A stretch of DNA of 64,000 bases from Camelus ferus (taxonomy: Eukaryota), in assembly GCF_009834535.1 (NCBI RefSeq), contig NC_045696.1:55554001-55618000 (forward strand), written 5' to 3'. Shown here one piece after another: positions 11,948 to 35,470 of this stretch. The translations under genes and the position numbers were made by a program. The notes under the pieces were generated by a model that was not told where the DNA came from, made no database searches, and worked only from the letters and a program-made list of their open reading frames with translations. The stretch's first letter is position 1. Each line of letters opens with the position of its first letter.

Positions 11948-13060
11948 TGATTTAGGACTAGACAATGGTTCTTAAATATGACACCAAAAGCACAGGCCAC
12001 AAATGAAAAAATAAATTGGACTTTATTAACATTTAAAACTTTTGTATTTTAAAGGATACCATCAAGAAAGTGAAAAGACAACCCATAGCATAGGAGAAAA
12101 TATTTGCAAATCATATATTTCACAAGGGCCTTACATCTAGAATATGTAAAGAATTCTTACAACTCAATAGTAAATAAGCAAGTAACTTTTAATTTATTTG
12201 TTAAATTAAAATGGGCAAAGACTTTGAATAGACATTTCTCCAAAGAAGGTATACAGGTGGCCAATAAGCACATAAAAAGATGCTCACCATCATTAGCCAT
12301 CAGGGAAATGCAAATCAAAACCACAAAGATATACCACTTCACATCCACTAATATGGCTAAAATAATAAAGACATAATAACAAGTGCTGACAAGGATGTGG
12401 ATAAATTGGAACCCACGTACACTACCAGCGGGAATGTAAAGTTGTGCAGCCATTTTGGAAAAGTTTGGTGGTTATTCAAAATATTACACAGAGAGTTATC
12501 ATATGATCCAGCAATTCCACTCCTAGGTATATAACAAAGAGAAAATATATATATATATCCACACAAAAACTTATACACAAATTTTCATACCAGCATTATC
12601 CATAATAGCCAAAAAGTAGAAACAACTTAAATGCCCATCAACTGACAAATGGATAAACAAAATGTGGTATATCGTAATAATGGAAATTATTTGGCACTAA
12701 AAAGAAAATGAAGTACTAACATAGACTACAATATTGATAAACTTTGAAAACATTATGCTAAGTGAAAGAATCCAGATACAGATTTTTTATGATTCTACTT
12801 ATGTGAAATGTCCAGAATAGGCAAATCCATAGACACAGAAAATAGATCAGTGGTTGCCTGGGGTTGGGGTGATGTAGGGGAGGAGGTAGGGGAGGGAGGG
12901 TGTAATGACTGCTAATGTGTACAGAATTTCTTTCTGGAATGTGAAAAATATTCTAAAACTAGACTGTGGTGATGATTGCAAAACTCTATGGATATATTAA
13001 AAATACTAACGAGTGAATTTTATGGTATGTGAAATATGTATTAATAAAACTATTTTTAGA
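11948..13060 (+). mobile_element. L1MB-type ORF2 end and 3'UTR
   Basis: ORF2 C-terminal remnant ([39 protein letters not shown]) and a typical 3'UTR. Confidence 0.85.
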
Positions 13061-13099
13061 AATACATCATTAGTATGTTAAATACTTAAAGCCTCATGT

Positions 13100-14740
13100 T
13101 TAAAAAACAAATTCCCAGAAACCAACCAGAAAGAATAAAGCAAAGCAAAAACAAGAGAAAACTGTCTTCCCTAGTCCAAACTGCTGGGTTTAAGGACAGG
13201 AAAAAAATGACAGCTTGAACTCTGTTCAGAGTTGCCTTCTCCTTAGTTTACTCATAAAGTAATAAATAAACAGGGTAAAGAATATAAATGGGAAAGGATG
13301 CAGGAGGGTCAACTGGCTCCCTGCTGACTCCTTCGTGTGTCATGGATGCTCACCCAAAATACAGTGGTCTTAGCAGCCCACACAATTAGGTATTACAGGT
13401 CAGAAGAGCACAAAACTGTAAACTCACTGTCTATTTTACCATAACCTTAACACTCCAAAACACCTTACAACAGAACTAATAAACACAAGGTATTTCTTTA
13501 GAAAGACTATTTAAAGAAGCATTGAAAAAAAAACCACACTAGAAAGAAAGTATAACTGAGTAACCAAGAAAGAAAAAGGACTCAATATTGAAAATTTAAA
13601 AAGACTTATAAATATATATAGAGAAGATTGAAATAATAGCGTAAGAAAATACTGTATGTTCAATAAATTTTAAATTTGAGATGAAATGAAATATGTTTCT
13701 AAATAAAGTTGAATTATCAAAACGTTTTCAAGTAGAGGGGGGAAATCTAAGTAGACCAATAACCATACAATAAGTTGGAAATCCTATAAAAGATCTGTTC
13801 AAACTACAACCATAACCCACGCACCCTTCAAGGAGCCAGACCGTGATATTTGATAGGTGAGTTTTAGCAAAGCTATCTGAAGAACGGATAGTTCCCATAT
13901 AAACTGTTCTAGGACACAGAAAAAGACAGTAAACTTCTTAAATTATTTTATAAAGCTAGCATAATCCTGATACCAAAACTTGACATATATAAAATTAGAA
14001 AAAGTAACAACAGACCAATTTCACTGATTAATAAAATACAAACACCCAAAAAAAAAATATTAGCAACTGATTCCAGAATTGTACTGAGTTAAATATAGGA
14101 TGACCAAGTAAGGTTTATTCCAGGAATGGATAAGTGATTTAACATTTAAAAATCTATTGATGTAACCACATGAATAAATTAATGGAGGTAATTATATGAT
14201 TATTTCAATAGATACTACAAATTATTTGATAAAATTCAAAAGCCAATTCAAATCTTTTGTAAAATATAAATAGAAACTTCCTTATATCAGAAACCAAAAT
14301 TAAGCATTACATTTAATGGGACATTCTCATTATATTCAGGGATAAAATGAAGATATCTATAATCTTTGTGATTATTAAACGTTGTTTGGCAGTCTTATTC
14401 AACATTGGAAAAGAAAAAGAATAAGAAGTATAAATATTATAAAGGAAGAGGAAAAGTTATCGTTACCATTGTCTATTAAGAAAAATTGAACTAATCTGAA
14501 AGTCTATTCACTAATAAAATTAAAAAGAGGGCAATATAAAAGAGAAACAGAAATCATTATCTTTCCTACATATTAGTTATTTAGAAAATATATCAGAAAA
14601 AATCCAATTCATAATAATAATAAAACTCATAAACTACATAAGAATAACTTTTTTTTTTAACAAATACATTCAACACATAAAGGGAAAAATCCAAACATTA
14701 CCAAAGGACATAAATGATGACTTTAATAAATTTACATTAA
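13100..14740 (+). mobile_element. Old degraded L1 ORF2 fragment
   Basis: A-rich, with remnants of the CTGATACCAAAAC, GGTTTATTCCAGGAATG and TTTGATAAAATTCAA ORF2 motifs. Confidence 0.65.
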
Positions 14741-15204
14741 GACTCATAAGCACTATTATTTACTTGCTGAATATTAGGCACTGGGGTAAATTCATTATAA
14801 ATATTATATCATCTACTCATCTCAACAGCTCAGTTGAGGAGCTGTTTATCTTCATTTTACAAGTGAAGGCACTGCAGCTCACAGAGGACAGGTCACTTCC
14901 CTAAGGCCTGGTCTCTTATTCACTATGTAATACTAAAGAGAGTGAAAATTAAAACGGGTGGAAGAATCAATCAGGCAACTTAAATGATTAAGGCGCAGGA
15001 GGGAAAGTGCGGGGAAACTGAAGAGTGTATGTTCTGCTTGAAGTGGGCAACTGCTACTCACCAGGCAATTGCTGATAATGTGGAACTGTGAGCTCAGCAC
15101 CGACAGATTTTCCATTCTTCAAAAGAAGCTGGAAATCTGAAGTGGATTAACAGTGTTCCACTTCCAAAAGTTTAAGGGGGGTCGGGGTGGTGGGTGAGGA
15201 ATGA

Positions 15205-18200
15205 CATCAGTGAAAATGACAGAGGCCTTTCCTTCCACAGAAACAATGAAATAATAAGCAAAAACTGTCAGTCGACTTTGTCGGGACTCTGGAAAATAGC
15301 CAAAGGCCAAACCAAGTAAATGCTGACTCCAGGAAGAGGTAACTTACAAATAATAGAAAAGCACTGCAGCATTTTTTTTTGTCCTTGTTCCCAGCTTCTC
15401 AATGCAGCAACAGTTTTGAAGATAACAGCCCATGTTCACAGTGTAGGACCATAGTCCCTGGTTCCAGAGACAGCAGAACACACCTTATTCTTAAAGAACT
15501 GTTTGCCTCTTTTGACTCGTCTGAAGGCTACTTGATGGACTGACACTAAGTGTCCAAAGGATAGAATATTGAGACAGAAGATCAATAAGAAAATATAAGA
15601 CTTGAACAACACTATAAACAAACTAGACCAGACATAAAAAGAACATTCCACCCAAAATACCGGACACACAGTCCTCTCATAGAACATTCTCCAAGAGAGA
15701 CCTTGTGTTACACCACAAAACAAGTCTTCATAAATTTAGAAGATTGAAATCCCAGAAGTATCTTCTCTGACACACACAGAAGAATGAAGCTATAAATTTG
15801 TAAGAGAAATAAAACTGGAAAATTCACAACTATTTGGAAATTAAGCAGTACAGTTTTAAATGACTAATAGATGATAACAGTATTACAAGGGAAATGTATA
15901 CCTTGCGATGAATGAAAATAAAAACACAACATCCCAAAACTTCTGGGATACAGGGGAAACAATGCTCCAGAGGAAATTTATGGCTGTAAATGTCTACATT
16001 AAAAAAGAAGAAAGATCTCAAATCAACAACCTAACTTTACACTTTAAAGAACTATAAGGAGAAGAGCAAAACAAACCTGAGCTAGAAGATGGAAGGAAAT
16101 TCTCTTTTAAAGAATAGAGCAGAGATAAATGAAACAGAGTGTAGGAAGACAACAGAGAGAAATAACAAAACAAAAAATTGATTCCTTGAAAAGGTTAACA
16201 AAATTGGCAAAACTTTAGCTAGACTGACAAAAAAATAGAGAAGTACTAAGTAACCAAAATCAGAAATAAAAGTGGGGACATCACTACCAGTCTTGTGGAA
16301 GTAGAAAGGATTATAAGAGAATACTATGAACAACTGTATAGCAAAATTAGATAACATAGATAAACTGGACAAAGTCCTAGAAACACACCTACTACCAAAA
16401 CTGACTCAAAAAGAAACAGAAAATACCAGACCTGTAACACAGAAAGAGATTAAATCAGCAACAGTGAAAAACAGCAACAAAAACTACCACCAGACCAACC
16501 CAGGAACAGATGACTTCACTGATGAAGTCTACCAACAATTTACAGAAAACTTAACACCAACCCTTCTCACACTCTTCCAAAGAGTAAAAGAGAAGGGAAC
16601 ACTTTCTAACTCATTTTGTACATCAGCATTACCCTGATACCAAACCAGACAAAAGACATCACAAGAAAAAAGAAAACTAGAGACTAATATCTCTTATGAA
16701 TATATATGAAGAAATCCTCAAGAAAATACGAGTAACTAAATTCAGAAGCATATTAAAAGCATCATACCCCATGAGCCAGTTGGATTTATCCCACAGATGT
16801 TAGGGTAGTTCACCACGTAAAAAGTAATCAATGCTATGCACTATATTGATAGAATAAAAGAGAAAAAAACACAATCATTTCAATTGTTGCATAAAAGGCA
16901 GTTTTAAAATCCAATACCCTTTTATGATAAAACACTCAAAAAATAAAAAAAAAAAACAACAGAAGGGCACTTTCTCATTCTGATAAATGGCTTTGATGAA
17001 AACCCGTATCATAGTCAGCAGTGAAAGCCTTCGCCTTAGGATCAGGAACAAGACACGGATGCCCACTTTCACCGCTTCTATTCACTGCTGTCCGGGAACT
17101 TCTAGTAAGAGTTTAGGCAAGAAAAAGAAAATGCATCTAAATTGGAAGAAGAGAGTAAAACCATCCCTATTCACAGGTGACATGATCTTATATACAGAAA
17201 ATCCTTTAAAAGCCTACAAAAAACTATTAGAAATAATAAGCAAATTTAAAGTTGCAAGATACAAGATAAACTCACAAAAATCAGCTGTATTTCTATACAC
17301 TAGTAATGAACAATCCAAAAAATGAAATTAAGTAAACAGTTTCATTTATAGTAGCATCCAAAAGAATAAAATCCCTAGGAATAAATTAAACCAAGCAGAG
17401 GGTGAAAGACTTGTACACTGAAAACAACAAAAGACTGATGAAAGAAATTAAAGAAGCTATAAATAAATGGACAAAACATTACATTTTCATGATTGGAAGA
17501 CTTAGTATTCTTAGAAAGGCAATACTATCTCAAAGCAATATACAGATACAATGAGCTCCCTATCAAAATTCCAATAAGCTTTTTGCAGAAAAGGAAAAGC
17601 CAGTATTAAAATTCATGTATGACTTCAAGGGTCTGTAGCAATTCAAAACAATATTAAAAAAGAACAATGTTGGATAACTTGCAATTCCTGATTTCAAAAT
17701 TTATTTTAAAACAGTAGGAACCAAATCGTGTGGTACTGGCATATGGGTAGATAGATAGACTAATGGAATAGAATTGAGAATCTAGAAATAAGTCCTCACC
17801 TCTATGGCTGTAATGGACTAAACTATGTTCTCCTCAAATTCATTATGTCGAGGCTCTAAGCAATACATCAGAACAGCCAAGAATAAAACGCAAGTATGCA
17901 GAGCAACTGGAATCCTTTTATACATTGCTAGTAAGAGTGCAAATTGGCACTACCATTTTGGAAATCTGTCTGGCAGTATTTACTAAAGCCAAACATAAGC
18001 CTATTCTACAATCCAGGAATCCCACACTGTGCACTGTTCCAAGAGAAATGAGCACTTATATCCACGAAAAGACACATAGAAGAAAGTTCTAAGTAGTTCC
18101 AAGCTATAAACAATCCAATGTCAGTCAATGTCAGAGTTGATAGATAGTTTGTGGTATTATCACGCCATGGAATATGGCACAGCAATGAAAAATAACTATA

Positions 18201-19140
18201 TACTGCTACATGTAAGAATATGGTAGTCTCATAGACATAATGTAGAATAAAAGAGGCCAGAATAAGAATCAGATTTTGTGGTGTTCAAAAACCAGTAAAA
18301 CTAAGCTATGGAAACAGAGATCAGGACCATATTTAACTTTAGGAGTGGTATTCACTGGGTGGGGACATGAGGAAACTTGCTAGAGTGTTGGAAATAGTCT
18401 ATATCTTGATCTGGGCACTGTATAAATAAATGTATACATATGTAAAACTTCATCAAGTTTCACACTTAGTTTTGAGCGCTTAACTTGATGTAAGGGAAAA
18501 AAAATACACACACACCAAAAAGTACTAAAATAAAATATAAGTGGGGAAAATTTATATAGTCTTAAGAGATAAGGAAGGTCTTTTTAAGCATGACCCCAAA
18601 GATTAAAAACTAGAAAGGGAAAAATGGACCTTAACCTCATAAAAACAAAAAAATATAAAAACTGCATAGCAAACAAGCCAAGAAATTTTATTTGCAATTT
18701 TTATAGCAAAGAATTAAATATTTTGATATAAAAGAAGCTCCTATAAATCAATAAGGAAAAGATAAGAGCAAGACTAGGAAATTTACAAAAAAGGAAATCC
18801 AAAGTCATTAAACATGTGAAAAAGAATACAAATGAAAACAAAATACTATTTTTCACTTATGAGAGAGGCAAAAATGAAAAATATACACAGAATCAGACTT
18901 GGTATAGGAAATAGTACTCTCATAAATTACTGGTGGAGCAAGGGATTTTTTAAGTATAGTACTTTCAAAAAACCAAAATAAGCACATTTCCTTAACCAAG
19001 TAATTCTGCAACTGAAAATTTATCTTAAAGAAAAAAATATGACAAGCTTATAAAATGTTTGTACAATGATGGTCAATGCAGCACTATTCCAAACAACAAA
19101 ATACATTAATATAATAAATTACACATGTATTTTGAAATAG
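15205..19140 (+). mobile_element. L1 cluster: degraded endonuclease/RT ORF2 (~15560-17810) plus older 3'UTR fragments
   Basis: Broken ORF2-like peptides in ORFs 16326-16637 and 16987-17325 (LFTGDMILY, an F.DD-motif remnant). Many stops and frameshifts. Confidence 0.85.
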
Positions 19141-20679
19141 CTATTCTTTATGATGCATATGAGCTAATTATATATTATCTCATTTAGTTTTCACAAGAAT
19201 TCTGAGAACTATTACATTATTCTCATTTTCATCAGCAGATGAGAAAATTGAAGTTCAGAAAAATAATGAGATTTGCTCAAGCTCAAAAATCTAGTAAGTG
19301 GCAGATATAGAAGTAGAGCCAACTTGGTCTGACTCCAAAAGCCAGTGTGTAATTTAGATTACATATCTTGACATGGAAGAACATCTAAATCATAGTCTTA
19401 AATGAAAATGTAGTTTATAGCACAGTTGCATGGTTTGATTCTGTTTTGTTAAATATACGCACATCTATATATATTAATAGATTTGCATACGGAAAATTCT
19501 AGAAGTATACATATCAACATGTTAATAATGGTTATCCCTTGGGTGCTTGGGGAATTTTTTTTAAATTTATGCCTGTTTTTCTTACTTTTCTACAATAATT
19601 TAAATAATTAAATTCTACATTTAATTTATAAATGGGAAAACAAATCTACAAAATCAATGCCCCTTTGAAGTTGCAAACCATAGCCTGTCAGCTGTTTTAC
19701 TCCACACATAGCACCCACTTGTTCCACACATTTTAAGATAAATAAAGAAGGCAAATTACTAATATGTTTATATTCAACAAACACATCTTGAGCACCTGTT
19801 ATGTCCTAGGTACTGTTAGGTAAATGATTTTATTTCAGTGTATCTAAATTCTCCTTTCTGCCCCTAAGTATGATGCCAAGGGTACCCACTCTCCCTCTCA
19901 CTCCTTAATTGCTACTATTTGGATTTTAAATCTTATTTCTAACTATTGAATACAATTAAACCCATTTTAAAAGAATATCTGGCATTATACTACCAATCCT
20001 TGCCCTGCCTTAGTGATTTAGGCTTTTAAGAGTCCAAGTTTCATCAGTTACCACCTCTGCACCGCCCTGTTCCGGAAAGCAGAAGTGTTGGCTGGAAGTA
20101 GATTCTTAAGGTTTATTTCAAAAGGGGAGGAGCAAATCTCAGAACCTGGCCACCACCACTAAGTGCAAATTCCTCACTTGTTAAATATTCCTTCTCCTGT
20201 CTCTTCCCCACCTTCCTTACTCCTTTTCTTTCTGGAACTCTGGCTCCTAACCCTAGCCCTCCCTTATGCTCTAGGACCATCGGATGGTGTGATTTTAGAA
20301 TCCATTCTCCCTTGATTACCTCTCCTCCCTCCAGCTCTCCAGCCCTCTATGACTAATTCTGACAGAAAACACCTTGGCGTTTGAGTTTCCACAGCCAGCA
20401 TAGCTCTTCCCGGAGGAGATGGAAAACAGCTGTTCGCCTGTCCCTGGAGACAAAGAAAAGGATGCTCCTGCAGCAATAAACTGCCAAGGGGTGTGTAGGG
20501 TGAGGGTAGGGAAGAGGGCAAATTCCTCCTCTCTACACTCTTACTGTGAAGAAAGATCCGTATGACTTTGGTAATGAGTGTTAATTGGGACTAAACCCTT
20601 CCTAGTACCACTAAAAACAGCACCAGCACTGTTTGTAAAGGCAGGATTTAAAACATTTTTTTAATTAAAAAAAAGAAGA

Positions 20680-21370
20680 ATTTGGCCGCATAACCACAAT
20701 ACGGATTCTCTTAAGAAGAGTAACATTTAGCAGGACCATTTACCAGCACAGTGCCCAGCACGAATATCATACCGTGCGGCACAACTGTGATTAGACAAAA
20801 GTCGGTGGCCGATGAAGCGCGGATTTGATTGACGGCAACAGTGACCTCGGTTCAGGTATGCCGCCCTCGTGCGGTTGGACGCGTGTTCATCGCTAACATT
20901 TTGTTGGTTAAAGTGATACCTGAACGATCCTATTTCACACATGCCGCAGTGGACCTCCACAAGGAAACAAGGAGGGTACCGCTCTAATGCGCCGATTCAC
21001 AGAGCCCTGAGACCTTGTCGCTGGGCGGTGGCGACGCCACACCTCTGGTCATCACCTCTTCTCCGGAGAAGGGTGTCGGCCCCTGTGCTGGCATCCACAC
21101 TGCGAGTGGCTGGCGCCCCAGTCCAGGCTACGCCTGGAGGCAGCGGCGGGCGGCCCCGCTCACCTCCAGGTATCCGCCCGCGGGCCCGGAAGAACTGGTG
21201 CAGGGAGGCTCGAACAAAGCCCGCAGGCATTGTCATCGCGGGCTCCTGTAAGGTTGCCTGGACGACCAGACTCGGCCCCACCCACAGCGGCTTGGCAGCC
21301 TAGGGCAGTCAGGTACCAGGCAGAAAATGGAAGAGCCTCCAGAAGAAGTTCCGGCAGAATCCTTGGAAGT
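20680..21370. promoter_or_regulatory. CpG island / bidirectional promoter for IGSF11(-) and TEX55(+)
   Basis: Sharp rise in CpG and GC in otherwise CpG-depleted DNA, immediately upstream of the TEX55 ATG. RFX X-box-like GTTGCCTGGACGAC at 21253-21266. Confidence 0.8.
21164..21250 (-). other. IGSF11: Candidate IGSF11 distal exon 1 (5' boundary unknown)
   Basis: Strong minus-strand donor CCTGGAG|GTGAGC (intron starts at 21163) inside the CpG island. IGSF11 and TEX55 are known to be head-to-head. Weaker donors exist nearby (e.g. CAG|GTATCA near 20918). Confidence 0.5.
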
Positions 21371-22484
21371 CGAAAGCAAACCCAAGTCCTCAAATGACAG
21401 CCACACAGACAGACAGGAAGACAACAGGCAGAAACAAGATGAAGTGGAGACAGATGACCAGACTGATCACAAAACAGCTGACCAGGCTGTCCAAGGAGTG
21501 TCTGGCCTGGCTGAACCAAACAAATTTAGTCAAGCTGACCCCAAACTGTATGAAAACATTGGAGAAAGAACATCTGATCAGGCTGACCTCAAAACATCCG
21601 ACTATTTTAATGTTATCGATGGTAGAGCATCTGATCAGGTTAACCGAAGAATGTCAGAACAGATGGACAGCAAGGCATCTAGCCAAGCTGATGGGGTCGA
21701 GACTGAACAGGTTGACAGCCAGATGTCTGCTCTGCCTGAACAAGGTACCTCTGAACAAATTGAACAAAGGACTTCAGAACAGATTGATCACAGGACGTCC
21801 AGCCTAGCTGAGAGAAGATCTTCTGAACAGACTGACCGTAAACCATCTGTCCCATCCGTACAAATAGCCTCTGAGCAGATTGACCACAGAACGTCCCACC
21901 CAACTGACCAAAGAACTCAACAGATTGAAAGTAGATTGTCTGGCCTGGTTGAGCGAAAATCTTCTGAACAGATTGACCATAGATTGTCTGTCCATGCTGA
22001 CCACAGAGCATTGGTAAGGACTACCAGCGAAGTGTCTGACCAAGTGACTAAACCAGCTGAATACCAAGCTGCTGACCCTGCTGATCACCTTAAAATTGAC
22101 AAGGCTGACCACAGTGTATCTGACTTAATGGACAAAGAGTATGACTACACAGAAGACAACGTGTTTGACTATGGAGAACATAGCCAGTCTGATAACAGAA
22201 TGTTTGCAGATTTTGGCAACATCAGGGAAGACAAAGAAGATGACTTCAGAGTACAACCCTGCAAATTTGAGCCTAGCCAGACAGACAGCAACGTATCCAA
22301 CGTTTCCCTTGAAACTGACACCGAAAGTGTAACCGATCTGCAAGCATTCAACCCATTTGATGACAGATCGATCGGTCACTTGCAAGAAAAAGACTTAGCC
22401 TATTCCCCAAAATTTCCCTCCATTTCATCCAAATTGGATTACATCATCAGTCAGGAAAAAACTCAAGCCACAGAAATCAAGCCT
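21327..22484 (+). CDS. TEX55: TEX55 (C3orf30) exon 1, 386 codons, acidic/repetitive disordered region
   Basis: ORF MEEPPEE... in good Kozak context (AAAATGG). Motifs [15 protein letters not shown] and SQEKTQA match recalled human TEX55. Donor CCT|GTAGGT is phase 0. Confidence 0.92.
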
Positions 22485-23032
22485 GTAGGTTAAAGGGGCA
22501 TTTGATACCCACCTGGGAAGTTAGAGGCCAAGCCTGGGGCCTGTAGTGGTGACATGGGAGAGTGGGGGGAGGGCACATACTGTGGTGAGTAGCATTCAGG
22601 AAGGACAGGAGAAGGGTGGGAAATAATGAGATGTGTTGCCTTCTCTGCTACGCTAAGTAAGGCAATTCAGGAAGGATCAATGAACCAGGATTCAGGAGAC
22701 TGGGTTTCAAGTCCTGGTTCTGCTGCTAACACTGGGACACTAAGTCATTTCCCCTCTCTGGGCTTCTACTAAAGGAAAGGAATTTGGAGTCAATTGGAGA
22801 TCTCTGTGAAGGGGAAAGTATTTGAAGTAGCTTGGAGATGTCTAAGGTACCTCCCAGGACTTGGGGTGCATTGGATCAACCAGGTCTCTCATAATAATGT
22901 GCCTTTACTCCAATTCCTGGTGTTCAGATCCCATCAGTATCAGCTTCCACTGATCAGAGCAACAATGACAACAAAACTTCCTGGAGATTTTTTATTTATT
23001 TAAGACCCTTTGGGGGGATATTGTTATTTCAG

Positions 23033-23179
23033 GATGATAGTTCAGAAATCCAAGAAAGAAGGAGTTCTCAGGCATACAACAAACCTTATAGGAAGCAGTT
23101 TCCTCCCCTAATATATGAAGATCCTTATTACTTTGCACTACAATACATGGAGAAACACCACATTCTGCAAATATTCCAG
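23033..23179 (+). CDS. TEX55: TEX55 exon 2 (DDSSEIQ...YEDPYYFALQYMEKHHILQIFQ)
   Basis: TTTCAG| acceptor, CAG|GTAAAC donor, 147 nt, phase 0/0, conserved YEDPY...QYMEKHHILQIFQ motif. Confidence 0.92.
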
Positions 23180-24919
23180 GTAAACCTCTCAATCCCTTTC
23201 TTTAATTGTGAGCTTTACAGAAATTATAATGTAAAAAACAAACTTTGACCTGGCTTTCCAGTGGTACAAGAAAGAGCCTTTGCTAAAGAGATATGATCTC
23301 ATTGAGAAGTCAGTAAGTGCATTAAGATGTATTAATCAATACATAGTAAATGATAAACACCAAATGATTGTTACCATAATATGAAGTCCTTCAGAGGAAT
23401 TAGAGAGCTGGTAGATTAGTTGCTAGGGAAAAACTTGGCCAAGAGTTAAAGTTTGAGCCAGACTAGGAAGGAAGGACAAAACATTGACAATTGAAAAGGA
23501 GAGAAAAAGACTTCACAGGCAGGAAAATAATACTTTCAGAAGATGACCAACTTGTGACCATCTAAGAAACCACATTCTTTAGGGGAAAAAAGAAGTAGTT
23601 AAAATTTGCTTCTGATTCTTGAAATTACAAATTTTATTGCCTCAGGATATAGGGTGGGAAACTTCTTTAAATTATGACATTCATGGGCCAGTATAGAATT
23701 ATATTACCATATTTATAAAATTTTTGCTGTTTTGTGGGTTGTTTTTGTTTCTGTTTTCCTGACATGTGTGTTTTTATGTTAATATTACCCGGCAAGGCAC
23801 ATGTACATGTATAATAACATATATACATGAAGTAACTTTGAAGTTAGAAAGTTGTAGATAAGAATGGCCCACCTCAAATGAAAACATTTAAACTGGAAAA
23901 TTTTAATTGTAAAGAAGCAGAATGTAGAGGAAAGAGCACAAATTTTATAATCTGTTAGCTCAGGGCTCCAATCTAACTTTGCCACTTGTCATCTTTGTGA
24001 TTTAGGGGAAATTATTTAACTGCTGTGAATCCCAGTTTCCTCATACAAAGTGGGGATACGTGGAATTTACTTTATTAAGCCTGCTCTGTGCCCTTTTTTC
24101 TTAAAATGTCCTTTAATGGGACAATGTTAGTGGCTGGGTTTCCTAGCTTTAATCAAAGAACTACTAATTATTAAACTGAAGGGTTAAAGTTGTAGAAAGT
24201 AGAATTCTAATCATTCTGTAAGTAATTTTCCTCATCTGTCAAGAAAAAAATAATGCTTATTTATTGAACATTGTTATAAGAAAAATTAATTATAAATATG
24301 TCTTTAATAGAAACATGTATGAAATAATTGATTGACATGGGTGCACTAAAGAGACCAGAATATTTCATACCTGAAATTTGCCCTATTGTTATTCCCTGCA
24401 AATGAAAATTCTGCTTACTTTATTATAGTATTTTGAGTTATTCAACAACAACAAAAAAGTCTGGAAGTGAGTCCCTGTAGTTTTTTTTATATGCTTTCTC
24501 ATTTATTATTATAAACACTGAACATCATTTTCACCTTTTAGGATCAAATGCCTCAGAAGGAAAGTTCTATGTAAAATCATAGTGTTTTAAAAATTGTATT
24601 CAATAATTTTTTCTTTGACTAGTTTTCAAAGAAAGTAATTTATTGATTTCCCAGTCTATTAAAGTCACAATTCTCAAAACAAAAACTTTCTCCAAAACTT
24701 TCTCACTACCTATTTGATCTTGGAAACTAGAAAAATATCCATTACTACTTATTACTAAATTTTTATTCCTCCACATTTTACCTTAATTTGCCTAAAACTA
24801 TCAGTAATAAGAAAGTAATTTGTAGATAGAGATGACTTTCTTTAACATGCTATGATAGATTAACGCAAAACATTGCTTCAGGTATAACCTGACCGCAGAA
24901 CTTTAGCTCAGAACCATAA

Positions 24920-35290
<10,371 letters not shown>

Positions 35291-35419
35291 TCTAAATTAT
35301 TTGTACCAAGTCAGTACAAGGACTTTTGTATTTTAAATGTCTACATATTTTAACAAGATATGGTAATTCCATGTGGATCAAAATGGCAAGTGGAAAAAAT
35401 TCTTTTTCATTCTTCTCAG

Positions 35420-35470
35420 GTACAGGAAATGATAAAAAACAGAAAGAAACATGATTCCTACAAAGAATGA
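35420..35470 (+). CDS. TEX55: TEX55 putative terminal exon 4 (VQEMIKNRKKHDSYKE*)
   Basis: Strong acceptor TTCTTTTTCATTCTTCTCAG|, phase 0. It extends the D/D helix (FMLCQ-VQEMIKNR) and stops at TGA 35468-35470, in the first non-repetitive DNA after a repeat-filled intron. AATAAA at 36520 and 36660. Confidence 0.72.
   Translation, partial: VQEMIKNRKKHDSYKE

Noticed and set aside
15560..17810. Active reverse transcriptase / novel retroelement
   Set aside because: Ordinary L1 ORF2 remnant with many stops and frameshifts and a broken catalytic motif.
20727..21010. Foreign or bacterial-like insert (CpG-rich at moderate GC)
   Set aside because: Contiguous with the CpG island, starts in an L2/MIR-like remnant, no convincing ORF or junction signature. 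Best read as an unmethylated island shore; not excluded without BLAST.
21394..22385. Overlapping alternative-frame and antisense ORFs in TEX55 exon 1
   Set aside because: By-products of the repetitive coding sequence; no independent evidence.
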